DNA of 64,000 nucleotides from Pristiophorus japonicus. Taxonomy: Eukaryota. The notes under the pieces were generated by a model, which did no database searches, was not told the origin of the DNA, and saw only the letters and a program-made list of their open reading frames with translations. The DNA lies in assembly GCF_044704955.1 (NCBI RefSeq), contig NC_091999.1:11222001-11286000 (forward strand). The letters run 5' to 3'. Of this stretch, positions 1-13,389 are shown in pieces. Positions within the stretch are counted from its first letter, which is position 1, and each line of letters opens with the position of its first letter. The translations under genes were made by a program, and so were the position numbers.

Positions 1-3000
1 TCTATTGTAAGGGGAATAGATAGGAGTTTCTGCCTCAGCAACAGAGACTCCAGGATGGTATGTTGCCTCCCAGGTGCAAGGGCCAAGGATGTCGCGGAGC
101 GGCTGCAGAGCATTCTGGAGAGGGAGGGTGAACAGCCAGTTGTCGTGGTACATGTAGGTACCAACGACATAGGTAAGAAGCGCGAAGAGGTCCTACAAGC
201 TGAATTTAGGAAGCCAGGAGTTAAATTAAAAAGTAGGACCTCAAAGTTAGTAATCTCTGGATTGGTACCAGTGCCACGGTCTAATCAGAGTAGGGGGAGC
301 AGGATAGTTCAAATACATACGTGGCTTGAGCAGTGGTGCAAAAGAGAGGGATTCAAATTCCTCGGATATGGTGATCAGTTCTGTGGGAAGTGGGACCTGT
401 ACAAAGGGACTGTCTGCATTTCGGAAGGACTGGAACTGATGTCCAAGAGGTAACATTTGCTAATGCTGTTCGGGAGTGTTTAAATAATATGGCAGGGGGA
501 TGGGAACCTATGCAGCGAGATAGGGCGAAGTAATATGGAGTCAGAAACAGATGTTATAAAGGCAATAGTGGAAGGCCGAGTATACAAAGGCAAGAAACAA
601 AAAGGGCCACACTACATCATAATTCGAAAAGGACAAAGGTTGTTAAAAAAAACAACCTTGTAAGCTTTGTGTCTTAATGCAAGGAGTATCCGTAATAAGG
701 TGGATGAATTAACTATGCAAATAGATGTTTACAGATATGATGTGATTGGGATTACAGAGACGTGGCTCCAGGCTGATCAGGGCTGGGAACTCAACATCCA
801 TGGGTATTCAACATTCAGGAAGGATAGAATAAAAGGAAAAGGAGGTGGGGTAGCATTGCTGGTTAATGAGGAGATTAATGCAACAGTTGGGAAGGACATT
901 AGCTTGGATGATGTGGAATCTATATGGGTAGAGCTGTAGACACCAAAGAGCATAAAATGTTAAGTGGGAGTTGTGTATAGATCTCCAAACAGTAGTAGTG
1001 ATGTTGGGGAGGTCACCAAACAGGAAATTGGGGGTGCATGCAATAAAGGTGCAGCAGTTATCATGGGTGACTTTAATATGCATATAGATTGGGCTAACCA
1101 AACTGGAAGCAATACGGTGGAGGAGGATTTCCTGGAGTGCATAAGGGATGCTTTTTTAGACCAGTATGTCAGGAACCAACTAGGGGGGAGGCCATCTTCA
1201 ACTGGGTGTTGTGTAATGAGAGAGGATTAATTAGCAATCTCGTTGTGCGAGGGCTCTTGGAAAAGAATGCCCATAATATGGTGGAATTCTACATTAGGAT
1301 GGATAATGAAACAGTTAATTCAGAGACCATGGTCCAGAACTTACAGAAGGGTAACTTTGGAAGTATGAGGCGTGAATTGACTAGGACAGATTGGCGAATG
1401 ATACTTAAGCGGTTGACTGTGGATGGGCAATGGCAGACATTTAGAGACCGCATGGATGAACTACAACAATTGTACATCCCTGTCTGGCATAAAAATAAAA
1501 AAGGGAAGGTGGCTCAACCGTGGCTATCAAGGGAAATCAGGGATAGTATTAAAGCAAAGGAAGTGGCATACAAATTGGCCAGAAATAGCAGTTACCCCGG
1601 GGACTGGGAGAAATTAAGAACTCAGCAGAGGAGGACAAAGGGTTTAATTAGGGCAGGGAAAATAGAGTACGAGAGGAAGCTTGCAGGGAACATTACTTCG
1701 GACTGCGAAAGTTTATATAGAGCTGTAAAGAGAAAAAGGTTAGTAAAGACAAACATAGGTCCTCTGCAATCAGAATCAGGGGAAGTCATAACGGGGAACA
1801 AAGAAATGGCAGACCAATTGAACAAGTACTTTGGTTCGATATTCAAAAAAAGAGGTCACAAACAACCTTCTGGATATAAAAGGGGCCAGAGGGTCGAGTA
1901 ACAAGGAGGAACTGAGGGACATCCTTATTAGTCGGGAAACTGTGTTGGGGAAATTAATGGGATTGAAGGCCCATAAATCCCCAGGGCCTGATGGACTGCA
2001 TCCCAGAGTACTTAAGGAAGTGGCCTTGGAAATAGCGGATGCATTGACAGTCATTTTCCAACATTCCATAGAATCTGGATCAGTTCCTATGGAGTGGAGG
2101 GTAGCCAATGTAACCCCACTTTTTCAAAAAGGAGGGAGAGAGAAAACGGAAAATTATAGACCGGTCAGCCTGACATCGGTCGTGGGTAAAATGATGGAAT
2201 CAATTATTAAGGATATCATAGCAGCGCATTTGGAAAGAGGTGACATGATAGGTCCAAGGCAGCATGGATTTGTGAAAGGGAAATCATGCTTGACAAATCT
2301 TCTGGAATGTTTGGAGGATGTTTCCAGTAGAGTGGACAAGGGAGAACCAGTTGATGTGGTATATTTGGACTTTCAGAAGGCTTTCGACAATGTCCGACAC
2401 AAGAGATTAATGTGCAAAGTTAAAGCACATGGGATTGGTGGTAGTGTGCTGACGTGGCTTGAGAACTGGTTGGCAGACAGGTTGCAAAGAGTAGGAGTAA
2501 ATGGATACTTTTCAGAATGGCAGGCAGTGACTAGTGGGGTACCGCAAGGTTCTGTGCTGGGAGCCCAGCTGTTTACATTGTATATTAATGATTTGGATGA
2601 GGGGATTAAACGTAATATCTCCAAATTTGTGGAAGACACTAAGTTGGGTGGCAGTGTGAGCTTCGAGGAGGATGCTATGAGGCTGCAGAGTGAATTGGAT
2701 AGGTTAGGTGAGTGAGCAAATGCATGGCAGATGAAGTATAATGTGGATAAATGTGAGGTTATCCACTTTGGTGGTAAAAACAGAGAGACAGACTATTATC
2801 TGAATGGTGACAGATTAGGAAAAGGGAAGGTGCAACGAGACCTGGGTGTCATGGTACATCAGTCATTGAAGGTTGGCATGCAGGTACAGCAGACGGTTAA
2901 GAAAGCAAATGGCATGTTGGCCTTCATAGCGAGGGGGGCATGGAGGTGTTACTCCAGTTGTACAGGGCCTTGGTGAGGCCACACTTGGAGTATTGTGCAG

Positions 3001-3541
3001 AGTTTTGGTCTCCTAACTTGAGGAAGGACATTCTTGCTATTGAGGGAGTGCAGCGAAGGTTCACCAGACTGATTCCCGTGATGGCCGGAATGACATATCA
3101 AGAAAAAGTGGATCAACTGGGCTTGGAGTCACTGGAGTTCAGAAGAAAGAGAGGAGATCTCACAGAAACGTTTAAAATTCTGATGAGTTTAGACAGGTTA
3201 GATGCAGGAAGAATGTTCCCAATGTTGGGGAAGTCCGAAACCAGGGATCACCGTCTAAGGATAAGGGGTAAACCATTTAGGACCGATATGAGGAGAAACC
3301 TCTTCACCCAGAGAGTGGTGAACCTGTGGAATTCTCTAGCACAGGAAGTTGTTGAGGCCAATTCACTAAATATATTCAAAAAGGTGTTAGATGAAGTCCT
3401 TATTACTAGGGGGATCAAGGGGTATGGCGAGAAAGCAGGAATTGGGTACTGAAGTTGCATGTTCAACTATGAACTCATTGAATGGCGGTGCTGGCTCGAA
3501 GGGCCAAAGGGCCTACTCCTGCAACTATTTTCTATGTTTCT
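1..3541 (+). mobile_element. CR1 LINE, near full length, cut by the window's left edge (ORF1 SGNH-esterase part, frameshifted APE-RT ORF2, 3' tail)
   Basis: ORF1 VVVHVGTNDI (55-453). APE motifs LNARSI, GITETW, MGDFN. RT motifs YRPVSLTS, YLDFQKAFD, GVPQGSVLG. C-terminus RPHLEYC...NLWNSL. Tail ttttctatgtttc at ~3530. Confidence 0.95.
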
Positions 3542-4485
3542 AATATCCCCAATTTGCAGATGATACTAAGCTGGGTGCCAGCGTGATCTCTGAGGAGGAT
3601 GCTAAAACGCTGCAGCTTGACTTGGGCAGGTTAGGTGAGTGGGAAAATGCATGGCAGATGCAGTATAATGTGGATAAATATGAGGTTATCTACTTTTGTG
3701 GCAAAAACAGCAAGGCAGAATATTATCTGAATGGTGACAGATGAGGAAAAGGGGAGGCGCAACGAGACCTGGGCGCCATGGTACATCAGTCATTGAAAGT
3801 TGACATGCAGGTACAACAGGCGGTGAAGAAGGCAAATGGCATGTTGGCCTTCATAGCGAGAGGATTTGAGTAAAGGAGCAGGGAGGTCTTACTATAATTG
3901 TACAGGGCATTGGTGAGGCCACACCTTGAATAGTGTGTACAGTTTGGTCTCCTAATCTGAGGAAGTACATTCTTGCTATTGAGGGAGTGCAGCGAAGGTT
4001 CTCCAAACTGATTCCCGGGATGGCGGGACAGACATATGAAGAAAGATTGGATCGAGTAGGGTTATATTCACTGGAATTTTGAAGAATGAGAGGGGATCTC
4101 ACAGAAACATCGAAAATTCTGACGGGATTGAAAAGGTTAGATACAGAAAGAATGTTCCCGATGTTGGGGAAGTCCAGAATCAGGGGTCACAGTCTCAGGA
4201 TAAGGGGTAAGCCTTTTAGGACCGAGATGAGGAAAAACTTCATCACTCAGAGAATTGTAAACCTGTGGAATTCTCTACCAGAGAAAATTGTTGAGGCCGA
4301 TATGTTAGATATATTGAGAAGGGAGTTAGATGTGGCCCTTACAGCTAAAGGGATCAAGCGGTATGGAGTGAAAGCAAGAATGGGGTAGCAAAGTTGCATG
4401 GTCAGATATGATCATATTGAATGGTGGCACAGGCTCGAGGGGCCGAATGGCCTACTCCTGCACGTATTTTCTATGTTTCTGTGTT
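3541..4485 (+). mobile_element. CR1 LINE 3' fragment
   Basis: FADDTKL through the C-terminus (ORF 4086-4388), ending in a ctatgtttctgtgttt tail. Confidence 0.9.
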
Positions 4486-5830
4486 TAAATGGGCGACCAC
4501 TTATTCTGAAACTATGCCCCCGAGTTCTAGATTCCCTAACTAGTGGAAAGATCCGCTCTGCATGTAGCGTGTTAAGCCCCCTCAGAATCGTATACCTTTC
4601 AATGGACCATCTCTAAGTCTTCGAAACTCAAATGAGTATATGCCCAACATGCTCAATCTTTGTTCATAAGACAACCGCTTCATCTCAGGAATCAATCTCA
4701 TGAAATATCTCTGAACTGCCTTCAATGCAAGTAGATCCTTCGTTAAATACGGTGACCAAACTGTACACAGTGCTGCAGGTGTGATCTCACCAATAACCAG
4801 TTCAGTTGTAGCAGGAGTTGTCTGCTTTTATATTCTATCCCCGTTGCAATAAAGGCCAACATTCCATTTGCCTTCATAATTACTTGCTCTACCTGTATGC
4901 TAGCGTTTTTGAGTTTCCTGTACAAAGACCGCCAGAACCCTCTGTACCACTGCATTTTGTAATTACTCCAAATTTAAGATGATAATTAGCTTTTTATTTT
5001 TCCCACCAAAGTCGATAATCTCACATTTTCGCAAAATATACTCAATTGGTCAAATTGTTGCCTAGTTAATTAGCCTATCAATGTTATTTTGTAGATTATT
5101 TGCTTCCTCCACACAACTTGCATTCCCACTTATTTTTGTATCATTAACAAATCTGGTTGTATGAAACTCGGTCCCTTCATCCAAGTAATTACTACAAATT
5201 GAAAATAGTTGAGGTCCCAGCAACGATCCTTTTGGCACCCCACTAGTTACGGTTTGCCAACCTGAAAATGACCCATTTATGTCGACTCTCTGCTTTCTGT
5301 TAGATATCCAATCCACTATGAACGCTAATATATTACCGCCAACCCCGTGAGCACTTATCTTGTGCAATAATATTTTATTTAGCACCTTATTGAATGCTTT
5401 CTGGAAATCCAAATACACAACATCTACTGTTTCTGCTATATCCACCCTGCTCATTACTTCCTCAAAGAAGTGGAGCAAATTTGGCAAACATGATTTCCCT
5501 TGCATGAAACCATGCTGTGTCTGCTTGACTGTATGATGATTTTCTAAATGACCTGCTACTTCTTCCTCAATGATGGACCGCAGTATTTTTCCAATGACAG
5601 ATATTAGGGTAACTGGGATATCGTTTCCTCCTTTTTGTTTCTCTCCTTTCTTCAATAGGGGCACCCCATTTGCAGTTTTCCAATTCACTGGGGCCTCACC
5701 AGAATCCAGGGATTTTTAGTAGTTTACATGCATTGGATCCACTATCTCTGCAGCCACCTCCTTTAAGACCGTAGGATGCAAGCCATCTGATAAAGTCAAC
5801 TTATACAGATTCAGTCCCATTAGTTTGCTG
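4486..5830 (-). mobile_element. Older CR1 LINE RT fragment
   Basis: ORFs 5062-5688 (QHGFMQGKSC, YLDFQKAF, GVPKGSLLGP) and 4743-4955. Confidence 0.9.
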
Positions 5831-8149
5831 TAAGAGGCAATGGCATTTATTTCTGTTTGCTGCCAGAGATTAGAAGTTGATTTTTAGAATGATGGAAAGG
5901 CTTGAGCGGATGAATTACCTACTGCTAAATTCCTACTGCTTTATTATGTTGAGATACAGAAATAAATATAATCAATATTGTCCCCATTTTCAAAATTCCG
6001 TTATATAACAACATGTTCTCCTTTAGGATAACTGATCCTACTTCACAATGTTGATTATTAGACAATATGAGGATTTGGTGTTAAACAACCGACTGAATGA
6101 AGTAATACTTAAAAAGTAAAATGTCATTTTCTTCCCATTGTTATTCAAAGTCCCATCAACTCTCCACAAGTATCAAAACTAACAGAAACAACTCGGGTCG
6201 TGCTAGGCCCTTTAAGAGCTGATATCCCATGGTCACAGCCCTGAGTCATGGGTCACAGACCGCACCAAATGGGGCTCGCGTGCTCTGCAGGAAACGACCT
6301 GTGAGCCCTGACCCTGAATCAATGGGTGAAACAGCCAATCATGGCGCTATAACGTGAAAAAGGATTGTGGCGTCATCCACTGCCGGGCACACCGGCAGGC
6401 AGCATTTTGTGATGTACAGTCCGTCATGTTTGTGTGACGTAACACATTGTGAATGGCTTTTGTTCATGTACATAAAATGGCTTGATTGAAACGAATAGTT
6501 ACCTCAATTTACACGAAAATAAGTTTGGTATCTTAATCGATAAAAGCGAGAAGTACACAGTTGTCGCTGGAAAGGGAGGTGAGGTGCGTATGTGTGAACA
6601 TTTCTCTCAGAGTACAGCGGGATGCGTGTCACAGATAGTGGCTTTTCTCTGCTGATGTGAATTGTGGGAGCTGCAGCTCTCCATGGCCCGGACATCAGCC
6701 GAGCGAACGCGGCAAAAGAAACATTTTTGTCGTGAGAAAAGCAATTCTTTACACAGAAGCAGCTGATACTGTGCAAAAGCTACACGAGTTATGTTAATAG
6801 GTAAATTGGATATGGGTCTCTAACGAGGATTTAAAAGGGTGTGAGGAGCGAGAAGGGAATTGCAGACTGGATGGACTTATTCACTCCCTGAAACTTACCG
6901 AGCCTGGTGTCAGCGGGAAAAGGACGGCCAAATAAGGTGAGATTCGAAGGGAGATGGCCCCGGATCGTGGGTGTCGGGGAAGAGCGATTGGGGCAAATAC
7001 ATAATTTAATCATCAACTGCAGCTGTTCCCAAACAATTCCTTCCACCCCCTTCGTAAGTGTCGTTAATTTTTCCCTCCCTTAACCAACTGTCCTATTAAA
7101 CCACAGGACACATCATGCCAGAACTCCAGCAGTTTAGAAGAAAATGAGTGCCGCACCAGCAAAAAAGCCGGACGGTACTCAGGTCTGATTCGAAATATCT
7201 AGAGATGTTCCCCGCGCCAGGAGGAGCCATGGTCTAGACATGGTCTCGTAGAGTAACAACTGAGACAGGGCTTTGTGTAATATAAATAGATACATGTGCT
7301 TGTGCACTAAAAGCTGGTACAGGGCCTTATGTAAGATCGACACAACTGTCTGTTTATGACACACTGAAGTATAAATTTGAATTGAAGAATTGTTACCATG
7401 CCCCATCGGACCACGCAGTGACATTGGACCGTGTAATAGAGGGATAACGCCGGTTCACTGTCAGTCTGTTGTGCCACTCTGAAACACCTGTTGTTTGTGA
7501 ATAGACTCTTGCCCTAAATACAACACCATGTGCGGTGATAATACACAGAAGTATTTCTGGGAATCCCCAGCTGTCACCTGTGAAACCGCTAAACTATCGG
7601 AGCTGTAAGTTTTGGCCAGATATGATGTTTTGGAGCACCCCATCCATTGGCGACAGGAGATGAAGGGAATCCGCTCTCTGAAGCATTGATTCTCAATTTA
7701 TAAAGAACATTGCTGCCTGATTAATCTGGATTATTATCATGCCATCTTATTACTGTTATTATTTTGTTAAGATTATGAATGTAACCTCTGCCATTTTATT
7801 ATCCTGGTTTTGCTGCCTCGCTGTTTACATTAATTCTGAAATTTCATGTTGCAGTTTTTAACTATGCCCAGGTCACTACCACAAATACGCGTTCATTTGC
7901 ATAAACTAGATGGACTTCACGTTAATAATAGGACTATTCATAATTATGGAATGTTAATTTTGGTATAAATGGAAGTCATTCGAAATTCCTAATCATCCAA
8001 TATGGAGTCCAAGCAGAGTAAGTCCATGAATCAAAGATGATTAATGTTTTGCTCTTGAGGATTCAACTGAATGTTGAATCTAAACACTATCAACATAAAT
8101 CTCTGATCAAGGTTATCATTATTGCAGATAAAACATTCCCACACAAAAG

Positions 8150-8655
8150 AACAAGATGGATTAGATAGAGAGTTACGCTCCCTTTACACTGTTCCACCAA
8201 AAACTCCTTGGAGAGGTACAGCACCGGTTAGATATGGAGTAACGCTTGCACTTCACTGGCCCATCAAACACTCGCAGGGCAGGTGAAGCACAGGTCATAT
8301 ACAGAGTACAGCTCTCTCTACGCGGTCCCATCAAACATTCCCGGACCAGGTAAAGCACGAAATAGATGCAGAGTAAAGCTCCCTCCACAATCTTTCATCA
8401 AACACTCGCAGGGCAGGTACAACAAGCTTTTGATTCAGAGAAATCTCCCTTAACATTGTCCAATGAAAATTCCCAGAGCAGGTACAGCACGTGTTCGAAA
8501 AAGAGTAAAGCTGCCTCTGCACTGTCCCATCAAACAGTGCCAGGGCAGCTGCTGCACGGGTTAGATACAGAGTAACCCCCGCAACCTCCCTCCATCCCTC
8601 CCATTCATTCTGAACTATCCAAATAAAGACTCCCAAGACAAGCACAGCACGGGGT
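8150..8655. repeat. Degenerate ~65-bp tandem satellite (~8 units)
   Basis: Units resemble gtacagcacgggttagatacagagtaaagctccctctacactgtcccatcaaacactcccagggcag. Confidence 0.85.
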
Positions 8656-8879
8656 AAGTTAAGCTTCTGCCTGGATCAGGGTGTAATTTGGGTGAAAATG
8701 TGAAAACAAAACTTGAATTTTCAACTAAACAATTAATCTTATTTTTAATCTGTTAAAACTAAAAGCACTGATGATGTCCTTTAATCATTTTAAGTACCCT
8801 CTTGCTGATTTTACTTGTATCGTACTCGATTCAGACACCCCGTGGTCTCCTCACTCCCCGTGATGAGTGAGTTCAGATA

Positions 8880-9190
8880 CAGGCTCCTCACCTCTTTGTT
8901 TTACCATTTCTCACTGCAGTGCAATACACCGTGGTATCAGACAGCGCCGCCGCGTTCATGGTGAGAGTGGTGCAGAATTTCTCACGGTCCATAGAACTTT
9001 AAACCTGAGCTGAACTCTTTCCTTTCTGAAGATGGAGCTGGGTTACGAGGGTGATGATTGGAGAATAGTCAGTACCACAATACAAAAAAATTTGTAGCGA
9101 ATGTTGTTTTGTGATCAAGCAAAATGGTTGTCTTTCGGTTTCCCGATACACCGATATTTCAAATCTCACCGAGTGACAAGGAGCTGCTGC
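8880..9190 (-). pseudogene. Highly decayed TCR V pseudogene
   Basis: Minus-strand frame reads SMDREKFCTTLTMNAAALSDTTVYC (E/F strands with the D-x-x-V-Y-C motif). Only a decayed RSS-like tail follows. Confidence 0.6.
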
Positions 9191-9482
9191 CAAAGCAGGA
9201 ATAAGAATTAAACTGAAAATACATGCAAGGAGATTGTAATAAAATGGGTGGATATGGGAAGACTGGACTAATCTATCTAGCTATCCATCTATCCATCTAT
9301 CCACTATTGCACAACCAAACATAGAAAACCTTAGTTAATAGGGTTCGATGCACTATGTTGGTAGTTACAGCTATAAGATGTCGTAATTTTACCAGGTGGA
9401 TGTTTAAACATGTGAAAGTACCATTTCTAAAGGACTTGATTCGGGGAATGGTTGATGGTGCACAGAAAGACGACAACAAACA

Positions 9483-9956
9483 AGATATTGTGCAGCTGGA
9501 GCAGCTCTTCCCCTCACCGTGCCTGAACCACACAGTGATACACTCCGGCGTCTCTGCCACGATGCCGTCTATAGAGATGGTGTTGGAGTTATTCGCTCGG
9601 TCAAAGGAACATTTGTAGCGCCCTGTGGTCTCAGTCCCCTGGTATATGGAGCTGATAAACGTTGGCATCCCTGTTAGTGGTTAGTGCTTGTTTGTACCAG
9701 ATTACGGTATCCGGAGCACCAAAGGAGTGCCGGCAGTCCAGTTCAGCCAATTCTCCTTCCCGAGACACCACATTCTGAGGATGTGAGCTCCGATCCTCGC
9801 ATCGAACGGCTGTAAACAAAACAAAGTCACTCACCAAAGACAAGGTAATATGAAATTGCTAAAACCAAGGCGTCTGATCGCATAAATAAACTCACACAAT
9901 ATCAACAGCACCATTGCTCCAACTGGAAATAGGTCATTGCGGAGGTTCCTGTTCAT
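9483..9956 (-). pseudogene. TCR alpha/delta-type V pseudogene with leader and 23-RSS
   Basis: Leader MNRNLRNDLFPVGAMVLLIL|gtgag (9956-9896). Exon EGELAELDC...WYKQ...GRYKCSFD...DAGVYHC has frameshifts. RSS cacggtg(9521-9515)-23-acaatatct. Confidence 0.88.
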
Positions 9957-10125
9957 GACGATAAAGTTGACAGAAGTAGATCAATTAGGGTCTGATTTCC
10001 ACAGTGGACCGTGTTGCCGAATCCCAGAATTTAAATTATGATGACGGGGCTATCACCGGAGGGCTTTACTTTTCCCTGGAAGTGTGACATTATCAGCATT
10101 CGGCCTATTATTGGATGTTGTCGCC

Positions 10126-10133
10126 TGACGTCA
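10126..10133. promoter_or_regulatory. CRE palindrome TGACGTCA in the V promoter
   Basis: Perfect CRE ~170 bp upstream of the leader ATG at 9956. CRE-like decamers are known in TCR V promoters. Confidence 0.55.
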
Positions 10134-11017
10134 TTCACAGACGCACTCGTGGATTGGCTCTCTCTCAAAACAATGAACTCTTGAACCATCCCTGGAATGC
10201 CTCTGACAGCTGTGTGTAAGGAAAGATTAAATTGTTCAAGAAGATTTCATCTGTGTTGCATTTCTAACTCAAGTAGTCGTCACGGTCTTAGAATCATTGA
10301 AGTTTACAGCTTGTTCCAAACTTTCTGAATCTAAACTCCGAACTCTTTTTCCTCCTTTACTCCTTTAAATGAATATTTACCTCGTTACCGTAACGTCCAT
10401 GTGATCTCTGGTCTCGATGCTTTCGTTATCTTAGACAAACAGTAACGGCATTTTTTGATTGTGCTTTCAGTCCTGGATCAACGTGAAAACTCCTGACGGA
10501 CAGGAGCGGCACTTGGTGGTAGATTCGGGTAAATGTGTATTTGTCGAAGTTGGCAAACGAAGTATTCAGTCCCAGAATTATTTGGATTGTTTTCTACGTA
10601 TTTTACTATAGAAGAGTATGTTCACTACAGGGGGAAGTTAAACCTCGTGGATCTAAATAATGGAGTAACTTCCATTTTCATTTATTTCATTTGAAGTGAC
10701 ACTAAATAATAAAACTCAAAACACCATATAATTCATTCGCTGGATGTCTGCGTCGCAGTCAAGGCCAGCATTAATTGGCCATCCCTGGTAGGTTCCTAAA
10801 TGATTATTTAATAATATGATGTATCCCAGTTAAATCATGGTTACTGAATAAAATCCAGTCCCTTAAAGTGCCGACCCCACTAACCATTACTTTAAGCCTG
10901 TCTATCTTATTCAGGTGATACTAAATGACAAAAATATAATTCAGAATGTTTGTTTCTAAAGGGAGACTGAAGATGGTGAGAATAAATATCCTGATCTCGA
11001 TGATTGAGAGGAATGAA

Positions 11018-11195
11018 AATAATTGTACAGGTTGTATCACCGTTTGCCTCAGTGTGCATCTTCGCACAGTAATACAGCCCGGAGTCGAAAGCCGTGGCTT
11101 TCTGCACACCGAAAATGTTATCACCCCTCTGTCTGTCAACAAACAAATCAAACTATCCACTCCCGTCAGCTGTATTAGCCTGATAGGTGGAGATT
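11018..11195 (-). pseudogene. 5'-truncated TCR V (3' half) with 23-RSS
   Basis: FVDRQRGDNIFGVQKATAFDSGLYYCAKM, then cacactg(11056-11050)-23-acaattatt. Abuts a CR1 at ~11195. Confidence 0.88.
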
Positions 11196-12725
11196 TATTC
11201 AACGTCCCAGCTTCCACAGCTCTCTGAGGCAGTGAATTCCACAGATTTACAACCCCTGATAGAATATATTTTTCCTTGCCTCTGTTTTAAATGGGCGGCC
11301 ACTTATACTAAAATTGTGCCCTCTAGCTCTGGTCTGCCCCGTGGAAACATCCTCGCTGCATGCACCTTGTCAAGCCCCCGCATATTCGTACGCGTTTCGA
11401 TAAGATCACCTCTCATTCTTCTTAATTCCAATGAGTAGAGGCCCAACCTACTCAGCCTTTCCTCATAAGTTAATCCCCTCCCCGGAATCAACCTAGTGCA
11501 CCTTCTCTGAACTCCCTCCAGAACAAGTATCTCCTTTCGTAAATGTGGAAAACAAAACTGCATGCAATATTCCAGGTGTGACATCAGTGATAACATATCT
11601 AGCTGCATTAAGACTTCCCTAATTTTTTACCCCATATCCTTTGCAATAAAGGACAAGATACCATTCGCCTTCCTGATCATTTGCTGTACCTGCATACTAT
11701 CCTTTTGTGTTTCATGCACAAGTAGCCACAGGTCCCGCTGTACTGCAGCACTTTGCAATCTTTCTCCACTTAAATAATAACTTGCACTTAGATTTTTTCT
11801 GCCAACGTGCATGACCTCACACATTCTAACATTATACTGCATCTACCAAATTTTTGCCCACTAACTTAGCCTTTCTATGTCCTTTTGCAGATTTTTTGTT
11901 TCCGCCTCACACATTGCTTTTCCTCCTATCTTTGTATCCTCATCAAACTTGGCTACGTTACACTCAGTCCCTTCTTCCAAGTCGTTAATATAGATTGTCA
12001 ATAGTTGGTGTCCAAGCACTGATCCTTGCAGCACCCCACTAGATATTGGGATGTATGTCCATAAATCCTTAATGGTTGCAGGAAAGGTCGATAAGGTACT
12101 TCAAAAGTCATATGGAATGCTTTCCTTTATTAACCGAGGCATAGATTAAAAGAGCAGTGAAGCTATGCTTGAACTGTGTACAAAACTAGTTATGTGTACA
12201 GATCTGGTCACCACATTACAGGAAAGAGGTGATGGCACTCGAGTGCATACAGAGGAGATTTACAAAGATGTTGCCAGGACTGGAAATGTTTTAGCTATGA
12301 GGAAAGATTGGATAGGCTGGGGTTGTTTTCTTTCTACCATATGAGGCTCAGGGGAAATTTAATTAACGTGTATAGAATTATGAGGGGCCTAGATACAGTA
12401 GATAGGAAGGAAGTATTTCCCTTAGCAAAGGGTCAAAACCAGAGGGCATGGGATCAAAGTGGTTGGTAGAAGGATTCGAAGGGAGAGGAGGAAAAGTAAA
12501 TTCACCTAGAGGGTGGTGGAGCTCTGGAACTCACTGCCAGCATGGGTGGTAGAGGAAGAAACCCTCATCACATTTAAAAAGTACTTGGATGTTCACTAAA
12601 ACAGACGTGGCCTACAGGGCTATGTACATAATGCAGGAAATTGCGAATAGGCAGGATCGCTATTTGTCAACACGATGGGTCGAATGGCTACCCTTGTATG
12701 TCGTAATTTATGATTCTATGAATCT
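11196..12725. mobile_element. Two decayed CR1 fragments (minus ~11196-12040; plus ~12045-12725)
   Basis: ORFs 11303-11608 and 11627-11842 are CR1 C-terminal RT. The plus copy ends in tatgattctatg. Confidence 0.85.
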
Positions 12726-13389
12726 GTGTCTGTGTTTGGCACTGACTATCGTTTGCTCTCCCTGACATGTTCCAACTTGCCGAAATCTCTTGCTTCAGCA
12801 CAACATGGTGCTCCATTGATAGTATCAGTTATAATAAAAAATATATAAATAAAGCTCAGTGACATATTTTAAATGGCAGCAGTCACAGCATGATTCAATC
12901 GTTTATCCATTAAGCAGGAATAATGAGACGGGTCTACACACTCTGTATGTGCCGCGGTTCCACAGAATTGGAATCTGTGTGTTTTCATGTTGTTTTGACC
13001 GAGCTTCTTTCATCAGTTGTATCTTGGTATTAAAAATAAACAAAGGGAATCACCAATATTTAAGCTGAGGTTGCCATTAACGCCGGGTATTTCTCTTTCT
13101 GCATTAAAGAATATAATAATAGTAAAAAAAAACAAGGAAATGTCACAATCGTACAACAACTTCCACCTGTATTTCGAAAATTCCGTGCTTCCTCAGGCAG
13201 ATGGCAGTTTAGCTCACTTTGTCACCAGAGGGAGCTCCGGCATGTGCCTAAGGTTGCACTGCAGCAAATGAATCGTAAGGTCACAAGGTCGTGGAGGATG
13301 AGGAACACCGTTCATCCGATCATAATTTAATCTTCCAGAAAATCGACAGCCTAAAATATGCTTTATTGTTAAAAGGTACTTCTGAATCT

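Larger units (their letters stand above)
3541..11195. repeat. Left arm of a large inverted segmental duplication (partner ~50120-58540)
   Basis: Reverse-complement matches seen at 5830-6400 vs 54850-55430, 7300-8150 vs 52740-53580 and 10150-11190 vs 50270-51350. The CR1/CR1 junction at ~4485 is shared with ~57580. Confidence 0.92.

Noticed and set aside
8880-9530. Tandem V-V arrangement with an aggtgag donor-like site, suggesting a NARTCR-type double-V cassette
   Set aside because: No D/J or 12-RSS lies between the two V segments, and the donor-like site falls inside what fits a decayed RSS spacer.
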